Shown piece by piece: positions 1 through 28,523 of a DNA stretch of 64,000 nt. How positions within the stretch are numbered: position 1 is the first letter of the stretch; every line of letters starts with the position of its first letter. Origin of the DNA: the human T2T-CHM13v2.0 reference genome, Homo sapiens; assembly GCF_009914755.1 (NCBI RefSeq), contig NC_060926.1, one strand, 5' to 3'. The notes beneath the pieces are model-generated. The model saw nothing but the letters and a program-made list of their open reading frames with translations, was not told the origin of the DNA and ran no database searches. Position numbers and translations under genes: made by a program.

Positions 1-104
1 TGAGGCAGGAGAATGGCGTGAACCTGGGAGGCAGAGCTTGCAGTGAGCTGAGATGGCACCACTGCACTCCAGCCTGGGCAACAGTTCGAGACTCCATCTC
101 AAAA

Positions 105-139
<35 letters not shown>

Positions 140-451
140 ATAGGCTGGGCATGGTGGCTCACTCCTGTAATCTCAGCACTTTGGGAGGCCAAGGCAGGCA
201 CTTGAGGTCAGGAGTTCAAGACCCGCCTGGCCAACATGACAAAACCCTGTCTCTACTAAAAGTACAGAAATTTTACGGGCATGGTGTCAGGCGCCTGTAA
301 TCCCAGCTACTCGGAAAGCTGTGGCCGGAATTGCTTGAACCCGGGAGGCGGAGGTTGCAGTGAGCAGAGATCACGCCATTGCACTCTAGCCTGAGTGACA
401 GAGCGAGACTCCAACTCAAAAATAAATAAATAAATAAATAAAGTAAATAAA
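1..451 (+). mobile_element. Two tandem Alus with (TAAA)n tails
   Basis: Alu consensus text; (TAAA)n at 102-141 and 420-450. Confidence 0.9.
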
Positions 452-1247
452 GCCATATAATAGTGAAAAACCCACCATCTGAAAAAAGACTAAAGAAGTG
501 ATAGAGAATTGCACAGCGTGGAGGCTTAAGACGGCCCTCTGGAGGAATCAACTTCCATCCAACAGGGGCTGTGTTTGGTGCAGGAGAGGTAGCCTGGAGG
601 ATTGTTCTGAGGCTGTGGTTCTTAAACTTTGGTTGCCATCAGGACAGCTTGGGAACTTGGGAAAAAACAAAGGCCCAGGCCCTATCCTGCTGCCATGAGC
701 CTGGGCCTCTGTGTTCTTGTCAGGCTCTTTCTTAGGCCGTGACCATATTGGACTTCCCTGGTTTCCTCTAAGTCACACTGCCAGTTCCTCCCCAGAGCTT
801 TGTGTGCGTTCTTTCCCTTCCTGGAAGGCTTGGGCCCTTTCCTGCCGCTGGGGTTGGGTTAAGTCCCCTTATCATGTGCTCCTGGCTTAGTGCGCCTGCT
901 TTCCATAGCACACAACTTATAATCACTTGTTTGGCATCTGCCTTCCTCATGGGATAGTAAGCTCCATAAGGACAGGGCCCAGGTCACCAATGTGTGGAAC
1001 GGTGCCTGACACACTGTTCGTTTATCTGTTCTTTGACCACGGTCCTGAAGAAATGCCCAGGAGGATTGACGAGATTGAGGTCAAGATCGTGGCCCAGTGT
1101 GTGGCGCTCCAAGCCAGCTCTTCCCCTTTCAAAACCAGAAAAGCCGCATGTTTAGATCGCTCTAGGAGATTCATCTCCATTACGATACAGGTGGGTAATG
1201 AGTTTCCCTCATAAACTTTTTTTTTCTTTTCTTTTTTATTTAATTTT

Positions 1248-1328
1248 CACATCAGATATGTAATGTGCCAAGGTAGTAACAAGGTTTGAGGGAGGCACAT
1301 CTCACACGAATGTGAAAACTCAAAAGAT
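1248..1328 (-). pseudogene. U13 (SNORD13) snoRNA retrocopy lacking box C
   Basis: Minus strand GTGTGAGATGTGCCTCCCTCAAACCTTGTTACTACCTTGGCACATTACATATCTGA matches the U13 3' half including box D; A-rich tail at 1217-1247. Confidence 0.85.
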
Positions 1329-1499
1329 CTAAACTAAGTTTTGAAACAAATCCACAAGTGGGTTTTTCCTCCACAGGGTAAGATTTTCTCCACATGTTTT
1401 GACTTGGGTGCATGGGCGTTGCCTTCCCTGCCTGTGGCCTTCAAAAGACCATGGGTGCGAAGTCCAAGCTTTGACTCTTCTGCCTATGATTCTCTGTCA

Positions 1500-2300
1500 A
1501 ATGAGAGGCCAAAATTAAAACCACAATGAGGTATCACTAAACACCCACTAGAGTGGCTAAAATTGAAAATTCTGACTATACAAAATATTGGCAAGGATGT
1601 AGAGCGACTGGGACTCCCATACATTGCTGTTGGAAATAGTTTGGCAGGTTCCTATAAAGTTAGAATAAATTTATCATATAACCCAGAGATCCAACTTGTA
1701 CGTATTTATCCAAGAGAAATAAAAACATATGTTCATTCAAAGCCTTGTATATGAATATTTATAAGTGCTTTATTAATGATAGCATAAAACTGGAAGCAAT
1801 TAAAATGTCTATCAGCTGGTGAATGGACAAACTGTGCTTCATTCACCTAGCAATAAAAAGAACTACTGATGCATGGATGATGGTCTGTGAAACAGAGAAA
1901 AATGAGTCTATGCTGTATGATTCCATTCATATGAAATTATAGAAAAGTTTAGCCAGGCGTGATGGCAGGCGCCTGTAGTCCCAGCTCCTTGGGAGGCTGA
2001 GGCAGGAGAATCACTTGAACCCTGGAAGGGGGAAGTTGCAGTGAGCTGAGATTGTGCCACTGCACTCCAGTCTGGGTGGCAGAGTGAGACTCCGTCTCAA
2101 AAAAAAAAAAAAAAAAAGAAATCATAGAAAAGACAAACTATAGGGTCAGAAATGAGATCAGTGGTAGCCTGGAACCAGGGGTTGTGGGAGGAGATTGGCC
2201 GCAAAGGAGCATGAGGGAACTTTGGAGTGATGGAATTATTCTGCATTTTGATTGTGGGGCTGGTTGCACAGGTGTATGTATTTGTCAAAATTCATTCAAC
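1500..2300 (+). mobile_element. Old L1M 3' remnant interrupted by an Alu right arm (1950-2120)
   Basis: L1 ORF2 C-terminus and 3' UTR-like text (AAAACCACAATGAG...GGCAAGGATGTAGAG, YPREIKTYVH). Confidence 0.75.
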
Positions 2301-2309
2301 ATCTGGTCA

Positions 2310-2695
<386 letters not shown>

Positions 2696-3451
2696 CTAGT
2701 GTTACCTGCTTAAAGGATCTGGTGGCTGAATGAAGGTCATTATATCATCAGAGAAAGCCCTCACTTCCTGACACAGTAGCATCTGTGAGGAACAATTAAT
2801 TGCAACCCTATACCCCCCGCACAAGTGATTTTTATGGTCTCACAACCCCAGGTTGTTAAAATGAGAGGTCAACATCCCTGCTGGTTCGTGGGAAATTCTT
2901 CATGGACACATACCTGCCTGGTGATGTGTTGGTCATTTTTCCATTTAGCAGGCAGCTGTGGGTAACGTTTAACCAGGAAAAGAGAGGCTAAATTATGCAA
3001 GACATTTACAACGTAAAGAGGGGAGAAACTTCCGTCTGGTCACACTGGGGGTGGCAAGAGTACATATGGACTTCCTCGCGTTTTACCAGCAAAACAGGTG
3101 CCAAACATCCCCCGTGGGCTTCTGAGAGCCCCTGCTCTCAGCTTGCTGAGACTTTTGGAAACTGTTTGAAGGCTTCCAAACACCTGCTAACAGGAAGACA
3201 AAAGAGTGAGGTTTCTATTTTATGACTTCATCAGGATGATAGGAATGTTCTTGAGTCCATTGCAGCACCTTGCTCTGACCACACCAGCAGGGCGGGAGCA
3301 GGGGTGGCGCTGGCAGCAGGCCTCTTCCCACCACTGCTCTTGAGCTCATCTCTGATGGTATCATTCCCAGCTATTTGTTATAAGTTTTTCCTCTTAAACC
3401 TACAATTGTTTCAAATCTGCCAGTTTATCTTTTTTTTTCTGTTTTCTTTCC

Positions 3452-4871
<1,420 letters not shown>

Positions 4872-6662
4872 AAATCAGCCAATTAATAATAATAAAAGAA
4901 AAATCTGTTGCCTGTATTGGGAAGTTTTTGCTTGCCTGTGACAGAAATCTAACTCAAACTGGTTTTGGGGTGAAAAAGAAAATGATTAGCACACCTTACT
5001 GAAAAGTCTAAGGAATGTCATGCATGGCTAGATTGAGGGACTCAGACAAGGGCCTCAAGAAACCATCTCCTTCCATCTCTTGGTTTGGCTTTTTTTGGGG
5101 CTGGCTTTATTCTTGGGCTAGGGCTCCCTGTGGTGATGAAAGGGCCGCCAGCTGCTCCTCCGAGTTTGGAGACACTGTGGGAAGTGTGCCTATCCCAATA
5201 GTTCTAGCAAGAGTCCTAGGGAGGACTCTCATTTGCCCAAACTTTATAACATGTCTGTCCCTGCGGCCTGGGCCTTGTTGCCACTGGCAGGACCTCTTGC
5301 TGGGGTCACTCACATAGGTTGATTTGAAAGGGAGACTCGCATGGGTTGACTAGAGTGGGGAGAGGTGGTGAATTCAAAGAAAATTGGGAGGCGAACGTTC
5401 AAGGCCAACGAGGCTGGGAACCAGAAACAGCAGACGTCTGCCACAGTCCTCCTGTGTTTCTTAGGCATTTCCTAGCATGGTGTGCTGAATCTTAGGTCTT
5501 CCCTAACCCCCACAGTGGCATCAGATAATTTCCTTCTTTCCAATGAATGAACTCATTGGGCACTTCTCTCACGCCCACATCTGAACTATTCACTCCCTTG
5601 GCACTTCCTGGGTACCTGTTCTGTGCAGTTGATTGCCAAGTGTGGGGGAGCAGGTGGGGGTGGGCACAAGGTTGAACGGGACACAGTCTGAGGGAGACAG
5701 ACAGTAAACAATTACAGTGGGATCTGTCCCTCTGGGTCTTCGAGTTTGTGCCCACCTTCCTGTGTTCCCAGTTTTTGTACCTCGGAAATGCTCTCTGATG
5801 TTAGACACAGATCTGTGACAGGTAGGACAGATCAGTCAAGGTGGTGGAGGAGCGTGGTTGTGGGAGGTGCGTTGACTGTGGCTATTTACTCTGCCAGAGA
5901 GGAGGCACTGATTGCTCTGGTCAGCATAGTCTTGGAGCTGTCCCTCACCAGGGCAGGCTGGGGGTTGCATCAGAACTTCTTTTCCAGTGAGGATTTGTGG
6001 GGCTCAAATGAACTCTAGAATTTAGGGCAGGAGGGACCTTGACTGGCGAATTCAGTGACTTCTTTCCCTGATACAAGTGCCTAGGCTCAGAGAGGGAAGG
6101 GGGCTACACCATGGCACCCCAGCAAGTTCCCACATGCCCGGAAGACAATCTCCATCCCTGACTTCTGCCTTGTGTCTCCTGCCTTCCCCACCACTGCGGC
6201 CGGGGCTTTATGGAATGTAGTTAATTTCATTTCCTGGGAGGCAAAAAAATTAATCCAGTAAGAGAAGAAATAAAAGGCAATGCCTCTGGTTTACAGAATG
6301 CCATTTCCAAAAAAGGAAAATGAGTTATGGAGAAAGATTTTCATGGAATGAATGGGGGAAGTAAGAAAATAAGTAGCTAATACTGAAAGAAAAACATGAC
6401 ATACTGGGGACTAAAAGAGATACAGGTGAGCATAGCAACTGTGTGGCACCTACAGCAGCCTAGATAGGGCCATGGATAGCTTGCATGTGGCCAGCATCAT
6501 AATTCATCAAATCCAAGATGCCTGTGGATGTAAGACACTCCACAATTTATGTACCATTAAGAAAGAAAGAAAACACTCTGCCAATTATACTCTGATATGC
6601 CACAGGTGAATTTCTGTGGCCAAATCCATGGCCTGTAGAGGTAGATGTAAAATCTGCCCCCC

Positions 6663-11097
<4,435 letters not shown>

Positions 11098-11997
11098 TTA
11101 GAGAAAAGCCACAATATTTATCATCTAGCCAAGTGTTAAAGGAGAAATAGAAGAAAAATTAACACAGTCCTTCAGAATAAAAAAGCTGCCAATGAGTATC
11201 CTGCATCACTGCCAAAAAACATCTCAACATTTTCTCTTTGGGGACAGATAATTAGGATATTTCCCCAGGTTCCTCTTGCAAGAGTCCTACTTTCCCCCAA
11301 ACCAGCAAACTCCTCTTTTGAATAGCCAAATCATAGAACCTGTGAATGAAGCTACAGAGAACAACAGCATTACTTATGGCACATTTGCTGTGGAAACTAC
11401 GTTTGGCAAGTATCAAATGTCTGAATTTCTTTTCCTGGACCTTGTAGGGTTGACAGCATTTATTTATAACAGGGGAGATTCCAAAATTGGCTCCTATCAG
11501 CAAAGAAAAGTAATGTCTGAGATACTGCTACAAGTTCATTTTCTTTTTGTTAATAGAAATTGAAGCAGAGCAGGCCACTGCAATAATTGGTAAGCTACTT
11601 AATTATAAAACAGATTGGTTACTGCAACAGGATAAATTTGTAGACAAGTATGTGAAACATTCTCTAATTGGATCAATGGGACGGGACATTAACTCCTGAC
11701 CTCAGGTAAACCCTAACTAGCCAAATTGTTTTATTATTTTGTCTTTATTTGTTTTGGAGAGAAAAAGGACAGAAATAGATCATCTACATATAACTTGAAA
11801 AATATTTCCAAAATGTTGAGGTTTACTAGCTGAAGTAGAAAAATGCTCCAAATTCTAAGTCCAGTGTTTACTTCGTGTTTATAGTTCAGGCCTCATGAAT
11901 AAGAAATAAAACCAAAATAGCCCAGTGACTGGAAAACAGGAAATATACTCCGAACACCAAGGGCTACAGATTGTGTTTACAGTGATTGTGGTACTAA

Positions 11998-22225
<10,228 letters not shown>

Positions 22226-22234
22226 GGCAATGTT

Positions 22235-22998
22235 TTTAATGAGTCTGAATTCGTTAATGAAGGGGAAAATTTATTATTTTTTTTTCCCAATGACTCCCAA
22301 GTCCTACTCGCAAACAAATACATTGTAGAAAAAAGTTTAATTGCTGGTTATTGTTTGAATCTTGAAATACAATTCTTCACTGATGATACTGGTATAAAAT
22401 GGTGGTTATTAATTCATGCTAGCACAACCAAAACTAATTTAACATTATTGGTAAAAATGAGTCATTTTTGAATCTCTATTAAAATCTGAACACATAAACA
22501 AATCTGTGCTAAAACTGGAACTGCCTTCTCACTCTACATATAATTAAACTTCCAGCTTCAACCATCTGATGTTGAAATCTAAAGCACCTCCATGAGTTAA
22601 ATGTCCCCGACAAACCATGTAGATGGACAAACAAGATTGGTGGTCTTTAATTGCTGGCGACAGAAAAGGCTGCAGTTTAGTACTTAAACCTGCAGTTAGT
22701 GGTCAACTTTCTATCCAGGCAGAGTAAACTAAGGAGAGCTATGAAATATCAAAAGAAAACTAGAGGCCAGGACAAAGAGGCAATGTCAGCCAAGCCACTG
22801 CAAGATGGTATGCACCCCTGTATTTCAGCCAAGGGCAGGCAATCCAAAATTACACACTGCTTTCCTTAACTTGACCAAACAGTGTATTTTTCCTCTGAAA
22901 ATCTTGTCAAAGGTTGTATTCCATTGTACCTAGTGAAATACAAAGTCCACTCTCATAAAAATATTATATTTTTCAAAAGAAATATAATACATTGAAAA
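22235..22998 (-). other. NIFK: NIFK 3' UTR with candidate poly(A) signals
   Basis: Unique AT-rich sequence after the stop codon; minus-strand AATAAA at 22275-22270 and ATTAAA at 22240-22235. The 3' end is approximate. Confidence 0.7.
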
Positions 22999-23187
22999 TC
23001 ACTGATTGCTGCTTCTTCGTCTTTTTTTCCGTGAATGTGTAGGTGTTTGAGTCTCTTGTATTTCTTCTTTTACACAGGATATGGGCTGTTTGAAAACTAT
23101 TTCATCATCTTTATCATCATCATTCAGTTCAGCCACTTGAGATTTTCGCCTCTCCAAAAATGTTGGTGTACAAACTGGTGTGGGGCC
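22999..23187 (-). CDS. NIFK: NIFK last coding exon (GPTPVCTP Ki-67 FHA-binding phospho-motif ... RRRSSNQ*)
   Basis: Acceptor CCAG|GGC; TGA at 23001-22999; 189 nt. Confidence 0.96.
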   Translation of the reverse strand, partial: GPTPVCTPTFLERRKSQVAELNDDDKDDEIVFKQPISCVKEEIQETQTPTHSRKKRRRSSNQ

Positions 23188-23562
23188 CTGGATTCAACAA
23201 GTAAAGATTATAATACATAAATGTAAAACATGATTATGACTTTACCCAAAAATATCATCTCTCCTCTATTTTTACAAGTTGTGCCCCATTATTTTAGCTC
23301 TGTTACCATCTTTTGGTGATACTATTGCAAAGAATAAAGAACTTAGATGCTTATCAAACTTGGTACAGAAATTCACAATTAACAAATATAGCATGTTCCA
23401 TTATAAGGTTTTAGGCAGAAAATTGCTAAATCAACAATAAAGATCTACCAAATGTCACAATATTTAATTTGAAATCTTAAAATGAGAGTAGCAGAAACTG
23501 CTTCTCCTCCTTCAAATTATTTCTATAATATCTGGTGTCTGGAGTATTGAAAACCATTTTAC

Positions 23563-23631
23563 CTGGCTATCCACAGTCTTCTCAGGAGTGTCAAGAGTAC
23601 CTGAAACTTTTTTCTTCTTCTTACGTAAAAC
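23563..23631 (-). CDS. NIFK: NIFK coding exon 6 (VLRKKKKKVSGTLDTPEKTVDSQ)
   Basis: Acceptor TTAAG|GTT, donor CAG|GTAAAA; 69 nt; basic cluster. Confidence 0.94.
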
Positions 23632-23751
23632 CTTAAAATAAATTTTAAAACACATCAATTTGAATATTGATCAGCTACAGTAGTCTTGAATATGTTTTCC
23701 TACTTATCCTTCTCTAATATCTTGCATGTAAAATGATAAAAAAAATTTTAC

Positions 23752-23811
23752 CTGGCCTTTTGTAGACGTCTGACGATTAGTTTTTGAAATACTTTCCGTT
23801 TTCTGTAAAAT
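23752..23811 (-). CDS. NIFK: NIFK coding exon 5 (ILQKTESISKTNRQTSTKGQ)
   Basis: Acceptor TAAAG|ATT, donor CAG|GTAAAA; 60 nt. Confidence 0.94.
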
Positions 23812-24476
23812 CTTTAATAAAGAAGTTAGAAATTGACACTCATATCTTTTCTTTCTAAACTTAGCATTAGATCCTCATATATATTATCAGTAAATCCTCC
23901 CTAAATGACAAGAGCATTTCATTTTAAAAAATCAAAACTCATAAATACAGTGAATTATCTCAAGTAAAGGGCAAAACTAGGAAAAACCCAGTAGAGGAAT
24001 TGACAGAGCTGCAGAGGTTGAAGGGAAGGCCAAAACCTGGAGCTCACTGATTCACAGAATCCTGAATTCAGGAGGGTGGAAGCAGGAAGAATGTGCAAAG
24101 GCAGGCCACCCCCATCTCCTAAGTCACAAACAGGGTACAGGAAAAGCAGTGCTCACATGCCTCTTTTCAAGTTTCACTGTCTCAGTTCCCAAATGGTTCA
24201 CAAGAGTACCAGGGCCTAAGGCCTTGGCGAAATATTCTAATACTATTAAAGACAGTATTTGGGATTTGGGCAAAAAATTAACCACCGAGAATTGAGGCAA
24301 AGGAGGGTAACACGGTCATCTAGTTTCTGGATAAGGTTAAAAACCTAGTAAATTGGCTGGGCGCAGTGGCTCACGCCTACAATCCCAGCACTTGGGGAGG
24401 CCAAGGTGGGTGGATCATGAGGTCAGGAGTTCGAGACCAGCCTGGCTAACATGGTGATGAAACCCTATCTCTACTA

Positions 24477-24680
<204 letters not shown>

Positions 24681-25382
24681 CTATACTAGCCATACCATAA
24701 TAAGCTTCATTCTTGATCTATAATAAAAGACATAGCTCTCCTCACTGTGACAGATGGAGGAAAGGGTCAGTGTTTTGGTATCTACTTATAGCATACAGTA
24801 AACCAAAGACTTAATTCTGGCAGTGTCACCTCTGAATGACAATCTTTTTCTTTTTTAGCGATACGGTCTTGCTCTGTTGCTGAGGCTGGAGTGCAATGGT
24901 ACAATCACAGTTCACTGCAAACTTGAAATCCTAGGCTCAGGAGATCCTGTTGCCTCAGCCTCCTGAGTAGCAAGGACTACAGGCACACACTACCTCAACT
25001 GGCTAATAAATGGCAATCTAAGAGTATTACAGTCTTTAGTTAAATAGTGGGTTTACTTCAGTAACTTAAAACAGAACATGTAAGTTAAACAAATCAGATT
25101 ATCTCCTTAAAAGAAGCTTCCTCTTCTGTATAATAGAAATAACAGAATCTGGTCTCATAATGTTTTAGGAAGAACCTACAATGGAATGTTTCAAAAGTTT
25201 AGTCAGGCCAGTCATGGTGGCTCACACCTGTAATCCCAGCACTTTTGGAGGCTGAGGTGGATGGATCACCTGAGGTCAAGAGTTCGAGACCAGACTGACC
25301 AACATGGTGAAACCCCATTTCTACTAAAAATACAAAAAATTAGCCGGGTATGGTGGCACGCACCTGTAATCTCAGCTACTCA

Positions 25383-25490
<108 letters not shown>

Positions 25491-25492
25491 TC

Positions 25493-25524
<32 letters not shown>

Positions 25525-25660
25525 AGGATGGGTGCAGTGGCTCACGCCTGTAATCCTAGCACTTTGGGAGGCCGAGGCGGGCGGATCACCTGAGGTCAGG
25601 AGTTCAAGACCAGCCTGACCAACAAGGAGAAACCCCGTCTCTACTAAAAATACAAAATTA

Positions 25661-25804
<144 letters not shown>

Positions 25805-26167
25805 TCAAAAAAGAAAAAAAAGTTTAGTCAAAAAACTGGCTGGGCACGTGGCTCATGCCTATTATTCCAACACTTTGGGACGCTGAGGTGGGTGAATCAC
25901 CTGAGGTCAGGAGTTCGAGACCAGCCTGGCCAACGTGGAGAAACCCCGTCTCTACTAAAAATACAAAAATTAGCCAGACGTGGTGGTGTGCACCTGTAAT
26001 CCCAACTACTTGGGAGGCTAGAGGCAGGAGAATTGCTTGAACCCAGGATGTGGAAGTTGCAGTGAGTCAAGATTGTGGTAAGTGCTAGGCTAGGTACTTT
26101 ACAAGGTACAAAGCTGCCCCCTCCCCTCCCCACAACAAACCACAAAAAAGATTTCACGAATATTTAC

Positions 26168-26379
26168 CAAAGAAGGAAAATCATAGTCAATTCCTTTTTT
26201 AGCTAATTTCTTCCTGAGTAATCTTTCTTTCTTTTTAAATCGCTCCTCCATCCGTAGCTTTTGTGTTAGTGTCCGATTCCGATTATACCGTTTCACTGAT
26301 GGATATGATGGCTGCTTAAATGGAATATTCCAGTCTTTAAAGAGTTCTTTATGTACTTTTTCAGGTGGCATAAAATGAC
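26168..26379 (-). CDS. NIFK: NIFK coding exon 4 ([13 protein letters not shown]...YDFPSL)
   Basis: Acceptor ATAG|GTC, donor TTG|GTAAAT; 212 nt; restores frame after exon 3. Confidence 0.97.
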
Positions 26380-27370
26380 CTATTTTCAAAAAGAAAAAAA
26401 CATAAAGGTATTTTAATGTTAACTTTAGAATCTCCGCAGTGCCATTCCTCACACAACAAAATGATATGGCTGGGTACAGTGGCTCACACCTGTAATCCCA
26501 GCTTCTCTCACAGCAATGCGAAGTGAATAGAGAGACAAGACCTGGGCAGCCTTGTCAGCTGTGAACTTGGGTACCTAAGACGGCCACATGCCACCATGGG
26601 CACAGGGAAGCCAGAAACTTCGCTTTGCCTCCCAAGGGCAGCAGGATCTGGACAGGGATGCTCTCTGCACCCTATGGACTGCAGGGTAGGGGGCTTCACT
26701 GGCTTCTTTCTGCAGGATAAATTACTCATCTGGTGCGTCACTCCTCCACTCCCTCTGGCTTCTCTCGTGTGGAAGAGCTACAGCCATTGCCATTTAGACA
26801 GATTTTGCAACGCGATTCCTGACCTTTGATGCTATCCCCACTGCCCTCAGGATAAATTCGGAACTCGCTGACTTAGAAGGCCTTCAGTAACCTGACCTGA
26901 AGCCTCTTCTTGCTCCTTCATCTCTTGCTACTTTTCCTCACATTCTCTCACAGCTGAATGGTTAGGCATCATTGGTTTGGCATTCACTGTCCCTCAGCCA
27001 GGAATGGTCTGTCTTCACTCCTGTCCCCTTCACCTGGCTCACTCCTGTTTAGTCTTCAGGTTTCAATGTCAACTATACTTCCTTAGAGAAGCCTTTCACA
27101 GCCCATAAGGATGGGTTAGCTGCTCCTCCCATGTGTCCCCAAGGTAACTTGTCCAGTTCCATTTAGGGTAAAAACAGCTCTCAGGCTAGATTTTAAAATT
27201 CCAATTAGAATCTGCCTGCAACATACACTGAAATCCTTGCACCATTCTGTAAGACTCATCCCAGAGATGAAGTGGCATGTCCAAGCAGCTAGGCAAGCCG
27301 CCCTTCCCACCACAGTCACCCACCAACAGCAGGCACCCAGGCAACCCTGCGGTAAGACAGGAGCACTTAC

Positions 27371-27479
27371 ACTCCAAGAGTCTTTCACCAAACAGGTAGT
27401 TGTTCATTGTTTCAGCAACTATTTTGGCAACATCCTCAGACTCAAACTCCACAAATGCATAGCCTTTGCTATTTCCAGT
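27371..27479 (-). CDS. NIFK: NIFK coding exon 3 (RRM RNP1, [12 protein letters not shown])
   Basis: Acceptor TTGCAG|ACT, donor GAGT|GTAAGT; 109 nt; RNP1 KGYAFVEF. Confidence 0.97.
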
Positions 27480-28246
27480 CTGCAACAGAGAAACCGCCAC
27501 AAAAAGTAGAACAATTAAATTTGAATGCGTCATCAAATTCCTAAAATGCCATTATTTTAAATAATGTATATTAGCCCCTTATCAAATATTACGTACGACA
27601 CGCTTAATTCTAACTTCAATTCACATATTCCGGGGACTGTTATGGGAAAAAGAAAAGATGCACGAGTCTGAACACACAGCTGATTTTCTGGTATTCTTGG
27701 GATTTTGGTTACATATGATAAATACACAATTCCTATGGCTGGAATTTATTCAGTAACAACACTCCGTGATATTAAAAAAGTCTTCAACTTAAAAGTCACA
27801 TGGCTTAACAGTGGGAATCAGGAGGCTCATTTCCAGCACCAGTTGTGTCAATAACAAGCAACTTGGACACTTCCACAACTGAGTCTCAGCTTAATTATCT
27901 TCAACAGGTGGATTCTGGGAAAAATTTAAATCCCTCAAAATCCATTTATAATCCCAACACTCAAAAGAGAGGGGAAGGCCAGGCGCGGTGGCTCACCCCT
28001 GCAATCTCAGCACTTTGGGAGGCCGAGGGTGGATCATCTGAGGTGAGGAGTTCAAGACCAGCCTGGTCAACACGGTGAAACCCCATCTCTACTAAAAATA
28101 TAAAATATTCACTTTGGGAGGCCAAGGAGGGTGGATCTCAAGGTCAGGGGTTTGAGACCAGCCTGGCCAACATGGTGAAACCCCATCTCTACTAAAAATA
28201 CAAAAAATTAGCTGGGCATGGTGACATGTACCTGTAATCCCAGCTA

Positions 28247-28523
<277 letters not shown>

